DNA from: an uncultured cyanobacterium
GTDB taxonomy: Bacteria; Cyanobacteriota; Cyanobacteriia; Cyanobacteriales; CAWCAG01
Length of the DNA stretch: 64,000 bases
Direction of reading: 5' to 3'
NCBI GenBank assembly: GCA_963793425.1
Contig: CAWCAG010000005.1
Span: 1,664,001 to 1,728,000, forward strand
How positions within the stretch are numbered: the stretch's first letter is position 1; each line of letters opens with the position of its first letter. The notes beneath the pieces are model-generated. The model had not been told where the DNA came from. It made no database searches and saw nothing but the letters and a program-made list of their open reading frames with translations. Shown piece after piece: positions 50,169-60,331 of the stretch. The translations under genes and the position numbers were made by a program.

Positions 50169-50248
50169 ACCGTTTTTAGTAAGATGAGAAAATATAAATG
50201 GGCTTGGGGCTAATCTCCATCTATTCTTTCACTTGTGGACTCATATCC

Positions 50249-50890
50249 GTGAATCGTTCAAGCAAAAAAACTTCATCCAAACAACCTAGTAAAAATAAAT
50301 CAGATAAAGGGCAAGCAATCTTAGCTGGTGCGTTGCAAGTGTTTACCAAACATGGCTATGCGGCTGCTAGTATGGATCGCATTGCCTCAGCCGCAGGAGT
50401 ATCTAAACCTACCCTATATAGCTACTTTCAGGATAAGGAGGGCTTGTTTGTTACTTTGATGCGGCAGCTTACTCAAAAGAGCAATCAGATAGTATTTAGT
50501 CTGCAAACCAACATCGATGTGCAAACTCCTCCGGAAGAGGTGCTAAATCAAATTGCAACTTCAGTACTAGAAGAATTTTCTCATAACCAACAGCTTTTAA
50601 CTTTGATGCGATTAATTATTGGCGAGTCGGAGAGGTTTCCTGAATTAGCTCGAACCTTTATGCTGGAAATAGAAAAACCCCTCTTAGAACAACTTTCTTT
50701 TTACTTAGCATCTCAACCCCAACTCAAACTGAGCGATCCTATGGTTGCAGCCAGAATTTTTGCCGGTTCTATAGTACATTATCTAATTGTGCAAAATATT
50801 TTGCACGGTAAGGATATTTTGCCCTTAGAACGCGATCGCATGGTTAAAGGTTTAGTTAGTCTGATCACGGCTAGGGATGATAAAGGGTAA
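50249..50890 (+). CDS. TetR/AcrR family transcriptional regulator
   Basis: ILAGALQVFTKHGYAAASMDRIASAAGVSKPTLYSYFQDKEGLF; IGESERFPELA. Confidence 0.93.
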   Translation: MNRSSKKTSSKQPSKNKSDKGQAILAGALQVFTKHGYAAASMDRIASAAGVSKPTLYSYFQDKEGLFVTLMRQLTQKSNQIVFSLQTNIDVQTPPEEVLNQIATSVLEEFSHNQQLLTLMRLIIGESERFPELARTFMLEIEKPLLEQLSFYLASQPQLKLSDPMVAARIFAGSIVHYLIVQNILHGKDILPLERDRMVKGLVSLITARDDKG

Positions 50891-50900
50891 CAAATCATTA

Positions 50901-50983
50901 CCACCGAAATTCATTTCCTGGCTTAAACAAAAAGTCCGTTTAAACGGACTTCACATACTAGACAGAGAATTAATTCTCTGTCT
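50901..50983. repeat. Cluster of three palindromes (REP/MITE-like; likely bidirectional terminator)
   Basis: Imperfect CCAccGAAATtcATTTCcTGG; perfect AAGTCCGTTTAAACGGACTT (50932-50951); perfect AGACAGAGAATTAATTCTCTGTCT (50960-50983). Confidence 0.75.
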
Positions 50984-51010
50984 TTGTCTCTTTGTCTCTT
51001 AATTCATCTT

Positions 51011-51993
51011 CTAAGGGGTTTGCCAAATACGTTGGTGATAATCTTCTGGCTTAGCATAGGGATCGCTGTCATGATGATGATGGTGATGCCCGTGTTCATG
51101 ATGTTGATGTGCCTGCCCATCTACTGCTGCAAGACGAAACTTGCACATTTCACAGTTCATAGCAACTTTGCCTAACTGGGCTTCAATTTCTCTTTCCCTA
51201 ATCACTTGTAACAGTTGTGGGGCAATACCCATTTCTGGCAAACAAGCAAAATCGATATGAGGATATTGTTCTTCTTGTTGGGCAGTAATGTTAAAGATTT
51301 TCTCCATTAAAGTTCCTGTAAATAAGAAATAAGGTAGAACAATAATGCGTTTTGCTTGATAGAGATAAGCGCGACGGAAGCCTTCTTCTAAGCGAGGATG
51401 AGTGATGCCAATAAAACAGGTTTCGACGGCTTTGTAACCACTTCCTTCCCAAATAATCCTCGCGAGTTTGCAAACATCTCCGTTGGCATCAGGATCACTC
51501 GAACCTCTACCTACGAACAATAATACTGTGTCGCTACGGGAGATATTATGAGGATTGTTTTGAGGTGTGTCTAATTCTGCGAGGCGATCCCGCCACAGTT
51601 CGATAATTTTGGGGGTGATACCAAATGACGACCATAGTTAAAGTTTAACTGAGGATAAGGCGATCGCGCCCTGTCTAATTCGTTGGTGACATCAAATTTG
51701 TTATGTCTAGCCGCAAATAACAAAATTGGCAGTGCCGTAATTTCGGTATAGCCTTGTTGAATACAAGCATCTACTCCCTGTTGAATGGTTGGTTGAGTTA
51801 GTTCCAAAAAACAAGAAATAACCGGACGAGATGTATCTAGCTTTTGGTAGGTTTCGACAAAATCAAGAAAGGTTTGTCTTCCTTGTTCGTTTCTTGTACC
51901 ATGACCGATAGCCAGTAAAGGTCTTTGATAGGGTAAAGGATTTAATTGCAGTGAGTCAAAAACAGATTTATTGAAAGAACTTGCAGTAAGCAT
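51011..51993 (-). CDS. cbiX: Sirohydrochlorin cobaltochelatase CbiX, frameshifted at 51623-51625
   Basis: [21 protein letters not shown], then [21 protein letters not shown] and a His-rich tail. Adding one T restores [19 protein letters not shown]. Confidence 0.9.
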
Positions 51994-52242
51994 TAATTTA
52001 GATTAGCTCCATTTTCTGGCAACTGGTAAGGGAATATTTAGCTTACAATATTCAAGAAAATGAACAAGTCAGCAATCACCATGCTCAAAATATCATGAAC
52101 AGTAAAAAAGATTAAGCTTGCCCTCAGCTCAAGTTACCCAGGAATGGCTATCAAGTTTATGAAGAAGTGTAAGCTGTTAGGCAGGAAGAAGTAGCTAAGC
52201 CTAAAAAGTAATTTTTCCTGTTTGAGAGCTTAAACTTTTTAA

Positions 52243-52485
52243 CTAACTTGCAATAATTGCCAACACTAAAGATTTCTTTAAATTTGGTTCTAAATTATTA
52301 ACATACTCTGTCGCTTTTTCTGGTTCTGCTCTCACTTCTTTAAGTTTTTGAAAGGCGATCGCAATTTCTTTGGGATGTTTCCACATCCACTGACATAGCT
52401 TGGTTTTCTCTGCATGAGCTTCTTCTACTAAAGCTTTGTTAAACCAAGTGTATAACCAATCAAATTCACCCTGATATAAATTCAT
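52243..52485 (-). CDS. Small hypothetical protein
   Basis: 80-aa ATG ORF with AGAGA upstream and an internal HIP1 site; family not recognised. Confidence 0.55.
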   Translation of the reverse strand: MNLYQGEFDWLYTWFNKALVEEAHAEKTKLCQWMWKHPKEIAIAFQKLKEVRAEPEKATEYVNNLEPNLKKSLVLAIIAS

Positions 52486-52712
52486 AATTCTCTATTTCAA
52501 TCTTTGTTACTATAGTAAATCTTAATGATTTCTTTTGATTTTGAGGTTAAGCCTTCACTCACCTACAAATGAGTTAGGAAGATAAATTTTTCTACTACCA
52601 AAATTTTAAGGGCGCAACTACTTATTTGACCTCAGTACTAATAGCCAAAACAGAGTGACCAGAAAATAATTTCCTGATTTGATTATATCTGCAAAAATAC
52701 TTAAAAACTTAC

Positions 52713-53189
52713 TTAATTATCAAAATCTTCTTCCTCTTCTTGAATACTTGCAGGTAGTTCACTATCAGAATCTAAACCTAATCCAACTCTTTCTGAATCT
52801 AGCTCCCGCAACTTCCCTAACAGAGCCATAACCTGTTCGTAGGGTATTTCATCACTAGCTTTCAGCCAAACCTTTCCTTCTTTGTTTTCGGCTAAATAAG
52901 CTTTGGTAGAAGCTAAAGCTTGTTGTTCAGTTACGGGTTGATTCTCAACTAAAACTTGCCCCTGCTCAATTGTGACAAATAAAACATCAGAAGATTCCTC
53001 TGAAGCTTGCTTACCTTCACCTTCTCCCACACTGGGCAAATCTACATTCACCCCCTCTTCATTAGAAAGACTTGTCGAAACCAACACAAAAAAGCCCAGC
53101 ACAGCAATCATGACATTAAGCATAGGAATCAGATTAATTGCTGGTAATTGAGAAGATTGTTGCTGCCGCCGACGAGTTTTGAAGCGCAT
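52713..53189 (-). CDS. exbD: ExbD/TolR family protein
   Basis: INLIPMLNVM TM segment, VDLP, LKASDEIPYEQVM. Confidence 0.85.
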   Translation of the reverse strand: MRFKTRRRQQQSSQLPAINLIPMLNVMIAVLGFFVLVSTSLSNEEGVNVDLPSVGEGEGKQASEESSDVLFVTIEQGQVLVENQPVTEQQALASTKAYLAENKEGKVWLKASDEIPYEQVMALLGKLRELDSERVGLGLDSDSELPASIQEEEEDFDN

Positions 53190-53223
53190 AATTTATAGTC
53201 AATTTAATTTAGTTATCTTTGTG

Positions 53224-53637
53224 TTAAATTATTTGAATAGCAAAAGAAACTTTTTTCTTTGCCACCTTAGCCATTTCATTTACAAGTTGCTTGATTTCAA
53301 AATAGGGAAGGGAGCGATCTGCTTTGAAGATGATAGTACTTTCAGGCTTTTCTTTGAGATAAGTTTTAATCTTTTCAGCTAATTCAGCTTGATTAACTTC
53401 TTTACCTTCAATAGTAATTTTTCTGTCTTTATCTAAAGCAATTATAAGTTTTTCTTCTGCTTGATTAATTTCTGAACTATTACTACTTCCAGGTAGTTCA
53501 AGATTAGCAATATTTTGACCAGTCAGAGTCATAGAACTAATAATGAAAAAAGTTAGCACAGACATCAATACATCTAGTAATGGGGTTAAATCGACTTCTG
53601 GAATTTTTCCTAGTTCTTTTTGTTCTCTAAATCGCAT
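53224..53637 (-). CDS. exbD: ExbD/TolR family protein
   Basis: VDLTPLLDVLMSVLTFFII, FKADRSLPY. Confidence 0.88.
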   Translation of the reverse strand: MRFREQKELGKIPEVDLTPLLDVLMSVLTFFIISSMTLTGQNIANLELPGSSNSSEINQAEEKLIIALDKDRKITIEGKEVNQAELAEKIKTYLKEKPESTIIFKADRSLPYFEIKQLVNEMAKVAKKKVSFAIQII

Positions 53638-53734
53638 AAAATTAAAAGTAGTTTGTCACACCGAATTCCGTTACTAAACTTGACGAGAAAATAGTTGCAA
53701 CTCGTTCCCTACTTCAGCAAAATAGTACTTGATT

Positions 53735-54844
53735 TTAAGATATTCTCCTGTAGCGCATCCCTGGTAGTTTAGTAACTAAATCTAGCAATTCCAAATGCGA
53801 CAAAGCGCTTAAAATATCGCCAGAAGCTAAGCCTGTCTTCTCCACAAGCAAATCAAAAGGAATTGCGTCAGAGGTAATTGCACTTAAAACTTGCGCTAAA
53901 TCTGGGGCTAAATCTGGAGGTATTTCCACAGCAAAAGCGGGAATTTGATCTAGTTGAGGTATAGTTCCTAACATCTCCAACAAATGGCTTTCGCTAAGGA
54001 TGACTTGCCCTCCTTTATGAATTAACTCCAGGCAACCCAAAGATTGAGGATTGTCTAAAGATCCTGGTAAAGCGTAAACATCTCTGCAAAACTCATTACC
54101 ATAACGGGCTGTAATCAATGCCCCAGATCGGATAGGGGCTTCTATCACTAACACTGCTCGACATAAACCTGCAATAATACGATTACGAGGGGGAAAGTTT
54201 TGCTTGTCAGGTTTAGTACCTAATTCGTATTCACTCAAAACCAAACCCTGTTCTTGGATGCGTCGGTAAAGTTGGCTATTGCTAGCAGGATAAATTACAT
54301 CCACCCCCGTCCCTAAAACTGCAATGGTGCGTCCTCCGGCAGCTAAACAGGCACTGTGGGCTTCTTTATCAATACCTGCTGCCATACCGGAAACTATGGT
54401 AAAGCCATGCTTGGTGAGGGCTTGGCTAATTTTATGAGTCCAGCGACGGCCATATTCTGTGAGGTTGCGAGTACCAACAATGCCGACTAAGGGAACAAGC
54501 CCTTGGTTTTCTTGCAAATTAACTTCGCCACGATAATATAAAACCGTGGGCGGACTAGGAATTTCTTTTAATAAGCGTGGATAATTTTCATCCAATGGTG
54601 TCCAGAAATTGATGTTTTCTTGGTGATGTTGTTCTAAGAGTTGTTCAGGGTTGATTTGAGAACGCTTTTGGTGAATCTCCCCAATTAACTTGTCGCCAAT
54701 ACCATTAATTTGCCTTAAATATTCTTCCGGTGCAACCCAAGCTTTCCCAAGACTTCCGAAGCGTTCTTGTAAGCGCTTAACCAAGATAGGCCCTACATTT
54801 TTTATTTTAGACCATGCCAGCCAATAGGCACGTTCTTCTGTCAA
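53735..54844 (-). CDS. dprA: DNA-processing protein DprA
   Basis: GIVGTR, VSGMAAGID, VLGTGVD, FPPRNRIIAGL, SGALITA, C-terminal wHTH. Confidence 0.96.
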   Translation of the reverse strand: MTEERAYWLAWSKIKNVGPILVKRLQERFGSLGKAWVAPEEYLRQINGIGDKLIGEIHQKRSQINPEQLLEQHHQENINFWTPLDENYPRLLKEIPSPPTVLYYRGEVNLQENQGLVPLVGIVGTRNLTEYGRRWTHKISQALTKHGFTIVSGMAAGIDKEAHSACLAAGGRTIAVLGTGVDVIYPASNSQLYRRIQEQGLVLSEYELGTKPDKQNFPPRNRIIAGLCRAVLVIEAPIRSGALITARYGNEFCRDVYALPGSLDNPQSLGCLELIHKGGQVILSESHLLEMLGTIPQLDQIPAFAVEIPPDLAPDLAQVLSAITSDAIPFDLLVEKTGLASGDILSALSHLELLDLVTKLPGMRYRRIS

Positions 54845-55003
54845 GATAGTTCTCCTTCAATCATAAACTCTCAAGGATCTAATTTACTTATTGAGACGGG
54901 GAAACAGAGCTTATTTCCTCGTTAAACAATATACAGCTTTTTATCCACATCAGCTTATGTCGCTCCATCGGGTTATAAACTTTCAGTTCAATTTTTATAT
55001 AGT

Positions 55004-55022
55004 ATTGAGAATTAATAGCATT
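55004..55022 (+). promoter_or_regulatory. Possible Fur box upstream of futA
   Basis: ATTGAGAAT-T-AATAGCATT, an imperfect 9-1-9 AT-rich inverted repeat 46 bp upstream of an iron-binding protein gene. Confidence 0.35.
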
Positions 55023-55067
55023 AAGTGTAGAATACGACGGCAGTATAAAATTCAGATATTATCAGCC

Positions 55068-56144
55068 ATGAAAACCTCCCGACGTAATTTAATAAGTATC
55101 TTAGCCGGGTTAGCTATATTAGGAACAACTAGTTGTTCCCCAACCACCTTAGAACAAACAACTGAGGGGAGTACCGAAGAAGTACCCGAAGCTGGAGAAG
55201 TAAACCTTTATTCTTCTCGCCACTATGACACCGACGAGGCTTTATATGAAGCGTTTACCGACGAGACTGGTATTGAAGTTAACTTAATTGAGGGTAAAGC
55301 AACTGAATTAATTGAAAAAATCAAAAACGAAGGTGAAAACACCCCCGCCGATGTCCTAATTACTGTAGATGTGGGTAATCTTTGGCAAGCTGAACAAGAA
55401 GGCATTTTCCAACCAGTTTCCTCTGAAGTTTTAGATGCAGCCATACCAGAAAATCTCCGTAACCCAGAAGGCTATTGGTTCGGTTTATCTAAGCGGGCGA
55501 GAGTTATTGCTTATGACCAAGATCGGGTCAAGCCGGAAGAACTTTCTAGTTATGAAGATTTAGCAGAAGAAGAATGGCAAGGGCGTGTTTGTGTTCGTAG
55601 TTCTGGTAATATTTATAATCAATCCCTCGTTGCTGCCAAGATTGCCGAAAAAGGGGAAAAGGAAACCGAAGCATGGCTTAAAGGTTTAGTCAATAATTTT
55701 GCCCGCGAACCAGAAGGAGGAGATATTTCTCAAGTTCAAGCGATCGCAGCGGGGGAATGCGATGTTGCGATTGTTAATCATTATTATGTTGCCCGTATGA
55801 TGCAGTCAGAAAAGCCGGAGGATCAAGAGGTTGTTGCGAATATTGGTGTATTTTTCCCTAACCAAGAAGAAGGAGGTACTCACGTTAATATTAGTGGGGC
55901 AGGGGTAGTCGCGAATGCACCCCACAAAGAAAATGCCATTAAGTTCATCGAATTTCTCACTACCCCAGAAGCCCAAGAAATCTTTGCTAATGGTAACAAC
56001 GAAATTCCTATGGTTGAGAGTGTTGAAGCTAACCCAACAGTTGCTAGTTTTGGAGATTTTGAAGAATCAGAATTAAACGTTGCGGCATACGGAAAAGAGA
56101 ATCCTGAAGCTGTCAAGTTGATGGATAAAGTAGGCTGGAAGTAA
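55068..56144 (+). CDS. futA: Fe(III) ABC transporter substrate-binding protein FutA/IdiA
   Basis: SRRNLI Tat/lipoprotein signal; VNLYSSRHYDTD, ADVLITVD, RSSGNIYNQSL, VNHYY, HVNISG. Confidence 0.93.
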   Translation: MKTSRRNLISILAGLAILGTTSCSPTTLEQTTEGSTEEVPEAGEVNLYSSRHYDTDEALYEAFTDETGIEVNLIEGKATELIEKIKNEGENTPADVLITVDVGNLWQAEQEGIFQPVSSEVLDAAIPENLRNPEGYWFGLSKRARVIAYDQDRVKPEELSSYEDLAEEEWQGRVCVRSSGNIYNQSLVAAKIAEKGEKETEAWLKGLVNNFAREPEGGDISQVQAIAAGECDVAIVNHYYVARMMQSEKPEDQEVVANIGVFFPNQEEGGTHVNISGAGVVANAPHKENAIKFIEFLTTPEAQEIFANGNNEIPMVESVEANPTVASFGDFEESELNVAAYGKENPEAVKLMDKVGWK

Positions 56145-56174
56145 GAGCAAAAGATTCCTCACCTTTAAAGAATT

Positions 56175-56210
56175 AAAACTTCCCCCAAAAGTGGGGGATT
56201 TGAAGTTTTT
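56175..56210. terminator. Bidirectional intrinsic terminator between convergent genes
   Basis: AAAACTTCCCCCA-AAAG-TGGGGGA...AAGTTTTT. Confidence 0.55.
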
Positions 56211-57097
56211 TAAATCTCTGCCCAAGCCCTTTCTATCAAACGCCTAGCCAAAGTTTGAGTCCCTGTATGTTCATAGTAGTTAGTTGCCATATCGATAAAA
56301 GCAGCTACATAATCTAACTTACTATCGGATACCTCAGCAAAGCCACTAATTTTATCCATAACTTTACTTTGGGTTGCACCGCTAGAAGTAACAAAACCAC
56401 TCATCCAACCCTTAACAGAGTCGAAACTTCTGCCAATAAAATCAAGCTTGCTATCATTGCTTTGACCCGGAATTGAATCTTTAATACTGCTGAAAGTATC
56501 ATTTTTCTCCAACTCTTTAGGGCTGAGTCGGTTTAAAGCAGCTTGGGTTTGCATGATGAAATCTGGTCCTAAAGGAATTAACCCATCTAAACAAACCAGG
56601 GCCGCCATACGCATCAAAGACTCGCCGCTATATTCCCCCAAAGAAGCAACAAAATCCCCAATACTATCTCCAGGAATACCGTTTATTTGGCAAAAAGCAA
56701 CCAATTCCACCACTAACTTAAGACTTAAATCAATAGTCTGTGCCTTATCAGCTTTGGGAGTAATCTTGCTTAACAAACCCAAAAGCTTAATCTTTTCCCC
56801 CACTTTATTCGCTAAAGCGGCGGTAGCCAAAGCTTTATCAGTACGATCTACTGTTTGATATAACCATAGCGCCCTCTGATAACCTTGGGACTTATCGTTA
56901 TATAACCAAACCGCGCGATCGCCGATTTGTTGAACCATGTCTTCATCAGTTTCTCCAGTAATCTCATGGATAGTATTCTCAAAACCGACAATATTTTCCC
57001 ACTTACCAGGAACAAAGACATCTAGAGATTTTAAAGCTTTAACGGTTAACCCTCCTTTAGGAAGTTCATCAACCAACTCAAAAATAGGTTTACTCAC
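56210..57097 (-). CDS. Conserved cyanobacterial hypothetical protein
   Basis: Intact 295-aa ORF; ELVAFCQINGIPGDS, NYYEHTGTQTLARRLIERA. Confidence 0.8.
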   Translation of the reverse strand: MSKPIFELVDELPKGGLTVKALKSLDVFVPGKWENIVGFENTIHEITGETDEDMVQQIGDRAVWLYNDKSQGYQRALWLYQTVDRTDKALATAALANKVGEKIKLLGLLSKITPKADKAQTIDLSLKLVVELVAFCQINGIPGDSIGDFVASLGEYSGESLMRMAALVCLDGLIPLGPDFIMQTQAALNRLSPKELEKNDTFSSIKDSIPGQSNDSKLDFIGRSFDSVKGWMSGFVTSSGATQSKVMDKISGFAEVSDSKLDYVAAFIDMATNYYEHTGTQTLARRLIERAWAEI

Positions 57098-57142
57098 AAT
57101 TTTCTCTCCACTTAGTTTACTAATTACTTAATTACTTACTGC

Positions 57143-57658
57143 TTATTGCAACCGTGCTAAGCCCTTGAGGTCAAACTTACTCAACCAATCTGCGCGATCG
57201 CTAGCAGTAAAGGCAGAATTTTTGGAGAGAACTTTAACTTGAAAACGGTCATCTACCAAAAGTGCAGTTGCTGTGCTACCTTGGTTCACCATCGGATAAC
57301 CAGAAATCTTATCTTTGCTCTTTTGAAATTTAACTGCCGCAGTGGGATTACTAGAAGTATCTGACACACTCAGCAAGGCAACTTCTTGACCATTTTGTTT
57401 CAATTTAGCTTGAGCAAAACCTTTTTTCTCTTGGGTATAAACCAAGTTATAGTTTCCACCAGCTTTGGGGAAAAACTTATTAAAATCGCCCCCAGTCTGA
57501 GCATCTTTAGCTACTGCCGTTGCCCCTTTTTCGGTACTTTCTTGTTGCGCTTGATCAAAACGCGAAGTCGATTCGGGGGCGCAAGCTGTTGTTACTAGTA
57601 ATAAAGTTACCAATAGACAAGAAGCTAGGATTTTTTTCCAGCGTGAGATCATCATCAA
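57143..57658 (-). CDS. Conserved hypothetical lipoprotein
   Basis: Lipobox VTTAC; SRFDQAQQEST, FNKFFP, QEKKGFAQAKL. Confidence 0.8.
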   Translation of the reverse strand: MMMISRWKKILASCLLVTLLLVTTACAPESTSRFDQAQQESTEKGATAVAKDAQTGGDFNKFFPKAGGNYNLVYTQEKKGFAQAKLKQNGQEVALLSVSDTSSNPTAAVKFQKSKDKISGYPMVNQGSTATALLVDDRFQVKVLSKNSAFTASDRADWLSKFDLKGLARLQ

Positions 57659-57878
57659 ACTTATCCTCTTTATTGAGCCTATGTTTATAAGTCTTACCTA
57701 CTATAGAGGCACTTCTGTTATTCCTTCAGCAAGATTGTCAACTAAAGAAGTTAATCTATACCAAGATAGTTGCAGAAATATTCCCTTTTTGCCCATAACC
57801 AATACTCTATTTTTTTCCTGGTTATGAAAATGAAGTTAAATTTTGTCAATCACTCTTTTGTGTCTGCTTAGATTAACT

Positions 57879-59102
57879 ATGCGAATCTTAATTTACTCTT
57901 ACAATTACTTCCCCGAACCCATTGGTATTGCTCCTTTGATGACAGAATTAGCCGAAGGTTTAGCAGCAAGGGGTCATGAAGTTAGGGTAGTCACCGCTAT
58001 GCCTTGGTATCCCAAAAGCGAAATTTACCAGGAGTATAAAGGAAAATTATATCTTACTGAAGAGCGCAATGGAGTAAAAATTCAACGCTGTTATGTTCGT
58101 TCTAGTCCTAAGCGTAGTTTTGTTAATCGTGCTTTATTTGAAGCTAGCTTTGTCTTACTCAGCTTCTTTAAAGCCCTTCAAGGTTGGCGACCCGATGTGC
58201 TTCTATTAACTATACCTGGTTTGCCTGTAGGTGTTCCTGCGGCAGCTTTGGGTTGGTTATATCGCTGTCCGGTGGTGTTGAACTTGCAAGATATTTTACC
58301 TGATGCTGCGGTTCATGTAGGTTTACTTACCAATCAAAAACTGATTGGCATTTTTGAAAGCTTAGAAAAATTTGCTTACCGTACAGCAACAAAAATAACC
58401 GTCATTTCCAACGGCTTTATTGATAACTTAACCACAAAAAAGGTTAATAGGGAAAAAATCAAACTAATTCCTAACTGGGTTAATGTTGATTTTATTAAAC
58501 CTTTGCCCAAAGAAGATAATTATTTCCGCCGGGATAATAATCTAGAAGGTAAGTTCGTCGTCCTCTATTCTGGCAATATTGCCCTGACTCAAGGTTTAGA
58601 AACCGTCATTGAAACTGCTACTCACCTCAAAGAACTTCCTGATATTATGATTGTGATTGTTGGGGAAGAAAAAGCTTTAGAAAGATTGCGCCAGTATTGT
58701 CAAAAACTGGGGGCGGATAATGTCTTACTTCTGCCTTTTCAACCTAGGGAGAAGTTACCAGAAATGCTATCAGCAGCAGATATTGGCTTAGTGGTGCAAA
58801 AGAGTAATGTGATTTCTTTTAATATGCCCTCTAAGATTCAAGTCCTTTTAGCTAGCGGCAGGGCGATCATTGCTTCTGTACCTGCTACGGGGACTGCGGC
58901 TAAAGCCATTGAAGCTAGTGGCGGCGGTATACTTGTTCCCCCGGAAGATCCTCAAGCCTTAGCCGAGGCGATCAAGGCTTTACACTCCGAACCAGATAAA
59001 ATTAAGGTCTTAGGTCAAAACAGCCGCCAACACGCTATAGATAATTACTCGTTTACCAGCGCTTTAGACCGTTACGAAGAACTTTTTGCTACTTTAATTT
59101 AA
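57879..59102 (+). CDS. Glycosyltransferase family 4 (WcaI-like)
   Basis: YNYFPEPIGIA, AMPWYP, LQDILPD, YSGNI, MPSKIQ. Confidence 0.9.
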   Translation: MRILIYSYNYFPEPIGIAPLMTELAEGLAARGHEVRVVTAMPWYPKSEIYQEYKGKLYLTEERNGVKIQRCYVRSSPKRSFVNRALFEASFVLLSFFKALQGWRPDVLLLTIPGLPVGVPAAALGWLYRCPVVLNLQDILPDAAVHVGLLTNQKLIGIFESLEKFAYRTATKITVISNGFIDNLTTKKVNREKIKLIPNWVNVDFIKPLPKEDNYFRRDNNLEGKFVVLYSGNIALTQGLETVIETATHLKELPDIMIVIVGEEKALERLRQYCQKLGADNVLLLPFQPREKLPEMLSAADIGLVVQKSNVISFNMPSKIQVLLASGRAIIASVPATGTAAKAIEASGGGILVPPEDPQALAEAIKALHSEPDKIKVLGQNSRQHAIDNYSFTSALDRYEELFATLI

Positions 59103-59129
59103 GAGCTAAAATAAAAGAAATCTCTTATA

Positions 59130-59157
59130 TAGAGACGTTGCTTTACAATGCCTCTAC
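59130..59157 (-). repeat. GTAG-type REP palindrome
   Basis: Reverse complement GTAGAGGCATTG-TAAAG-CAACGTCTCTA. Confidence 0.65.
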
Positions 59158-59291
59158 TTCATTCTGGGAAAAAAGTTGAAAAGCTTTATGAGCTGGCATA
59201 TTTCTTTTATACTACAATTGTCTTAAAGCCCTCATTCCTCCCCTACTCCCTGCCCACTTAACATCATTCACCAAAGGAACTAAAAAACTTA

Positions 59292-59732
59292 ATGTCAGAT
59301 AACCAATATAAGCTCCATAGTGCATCTACTGTAACCACATCAGAAGCAAAAGCAACAGCAACAGCAACAGATGATAGTCAGCGCTTCGCCCTAAGTATTG
59401 CTGAAGCCGCAGATGATCGCAAAGCAGCCGATATTGTTCTTTTGGCAGTAGCTGATGTTTCTTATCTGAGTGATTATTTTGTCATTGTTACCGGTTTTTC
59501 TCAAGCCCAGTTAAGAGCTATTTCTGAGGCGATCCAAGCAAGGGTAGAACAAGAATGGCAAAGGCAGCCGATACGTACTGAAGGAAAGACTGAAGGAAGT
59601 TGGATTCTCCACGATTACGGCGATGTTATTGTCCATATTTTCTTGCCCCAAGAAAGAGAATTTTATAACCTAGAAGCATTTTGGGGTCATGCTGAACGCA
59701 TTGATTATTCTGAAAGTGGGCAAGAAAATTAG
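59292..59732 (+). CDS. rsfS: Ribosome silencing factor
   Basis: [31 protein letters not shown]...[10 protein letters not shown]. Confidence 0.96.
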   Translation: MSDNQYKLHSASTVTTSEAKATATATDDSQRFALSIAEAADDRKAADIVLLAVADVSYLSDYFVIVTGFSQAQLRAISEAIQARVEQEWQRQPIRTEGKTEGSWILHDYGDVIVHIFLPQEREFYNLEAFWGHAERIDYSESGQEN

Positions 59733-59761
59733 TAATATTCTCGTTTTGCAAAGTTAAAATT

Positions 59762-60265
59762 ATGAGGGAATCTCCCGTTTCTGCATCTCCTGTACCAACA
59801 GAACAACAACCTCTGAATGAATACGAACAACTAAAAGAAGCTTGGTTTTTTCATTGGGTAACCCTAAGTCCTTTTCAGTATGGTAAGAAATTGGCTTGGG
59901 TATGGTTTTGGGGTTGGTTATTGGCTGCACCTTTAGTTGCTGCCAGTTTTTCTCCTCGGCAATATCCTTGGCAATTCGCACTTTGGGCTACTGGTGGGGC
60001 GCTATTTTTAGTGACTTTAATGGCCATACGCCTTTATTTAGGTTGGTCTTACATCTGCGATCGCCTAACAAAAGAAACAGTTTTTTATGAAGAATCTGGT
60101 TGGTACGACGGGCAAAACTGGCGAAAGCCCCCAGAAGTTCTCGCCCGCGATCGCCTAGTAGCTTCCTATCAAGTTGAGCCTATTCTACACCGCATCCAAC
60201 TTACTTTAGCGATCCTAGCTGCCTTAGCGGGTTTGTGTAGCTTTATTTGTTTCTTATTTACCTAA
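59762..60265 (+). CDS. CGLD27/Ycf36 family membrane protein
   Basis: PVPTEQQPLNEY, LYLGWSYI.DRL, YEESGWYDGQ. Confidence 0.92.
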   Translation: MRESPVSASPVPTEQQPLNEYEQLKEAWFFHWVTLSPFQYGKKLAWVWFWGWLLAAPLVAASFSPRQYPWQFALWATGGALFLVTLMAIRLYLGWSYICDRLTKETVFYEESGWYDGQNWRKPPEVLARDRLVASYQVEPILHRIQLTLAILAALAGLCSFICFLFT

Positions 60266-60331
60266 AATCCGGTTATCAGTTATTGTTTGACTAATGACCG
60301 ATAATCAATAACCCATGACGAACAAACAATA

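Noticed and set aside
54891..55067. Long N-terminal extensions given by the ORF track for futA (also ureG, ubiX, lgt, devB, tetR, urtD)
   Set aside because: Conserved sequence or signal peptides begin at downstream start codons; the extensions are longest-ORF artefacts.
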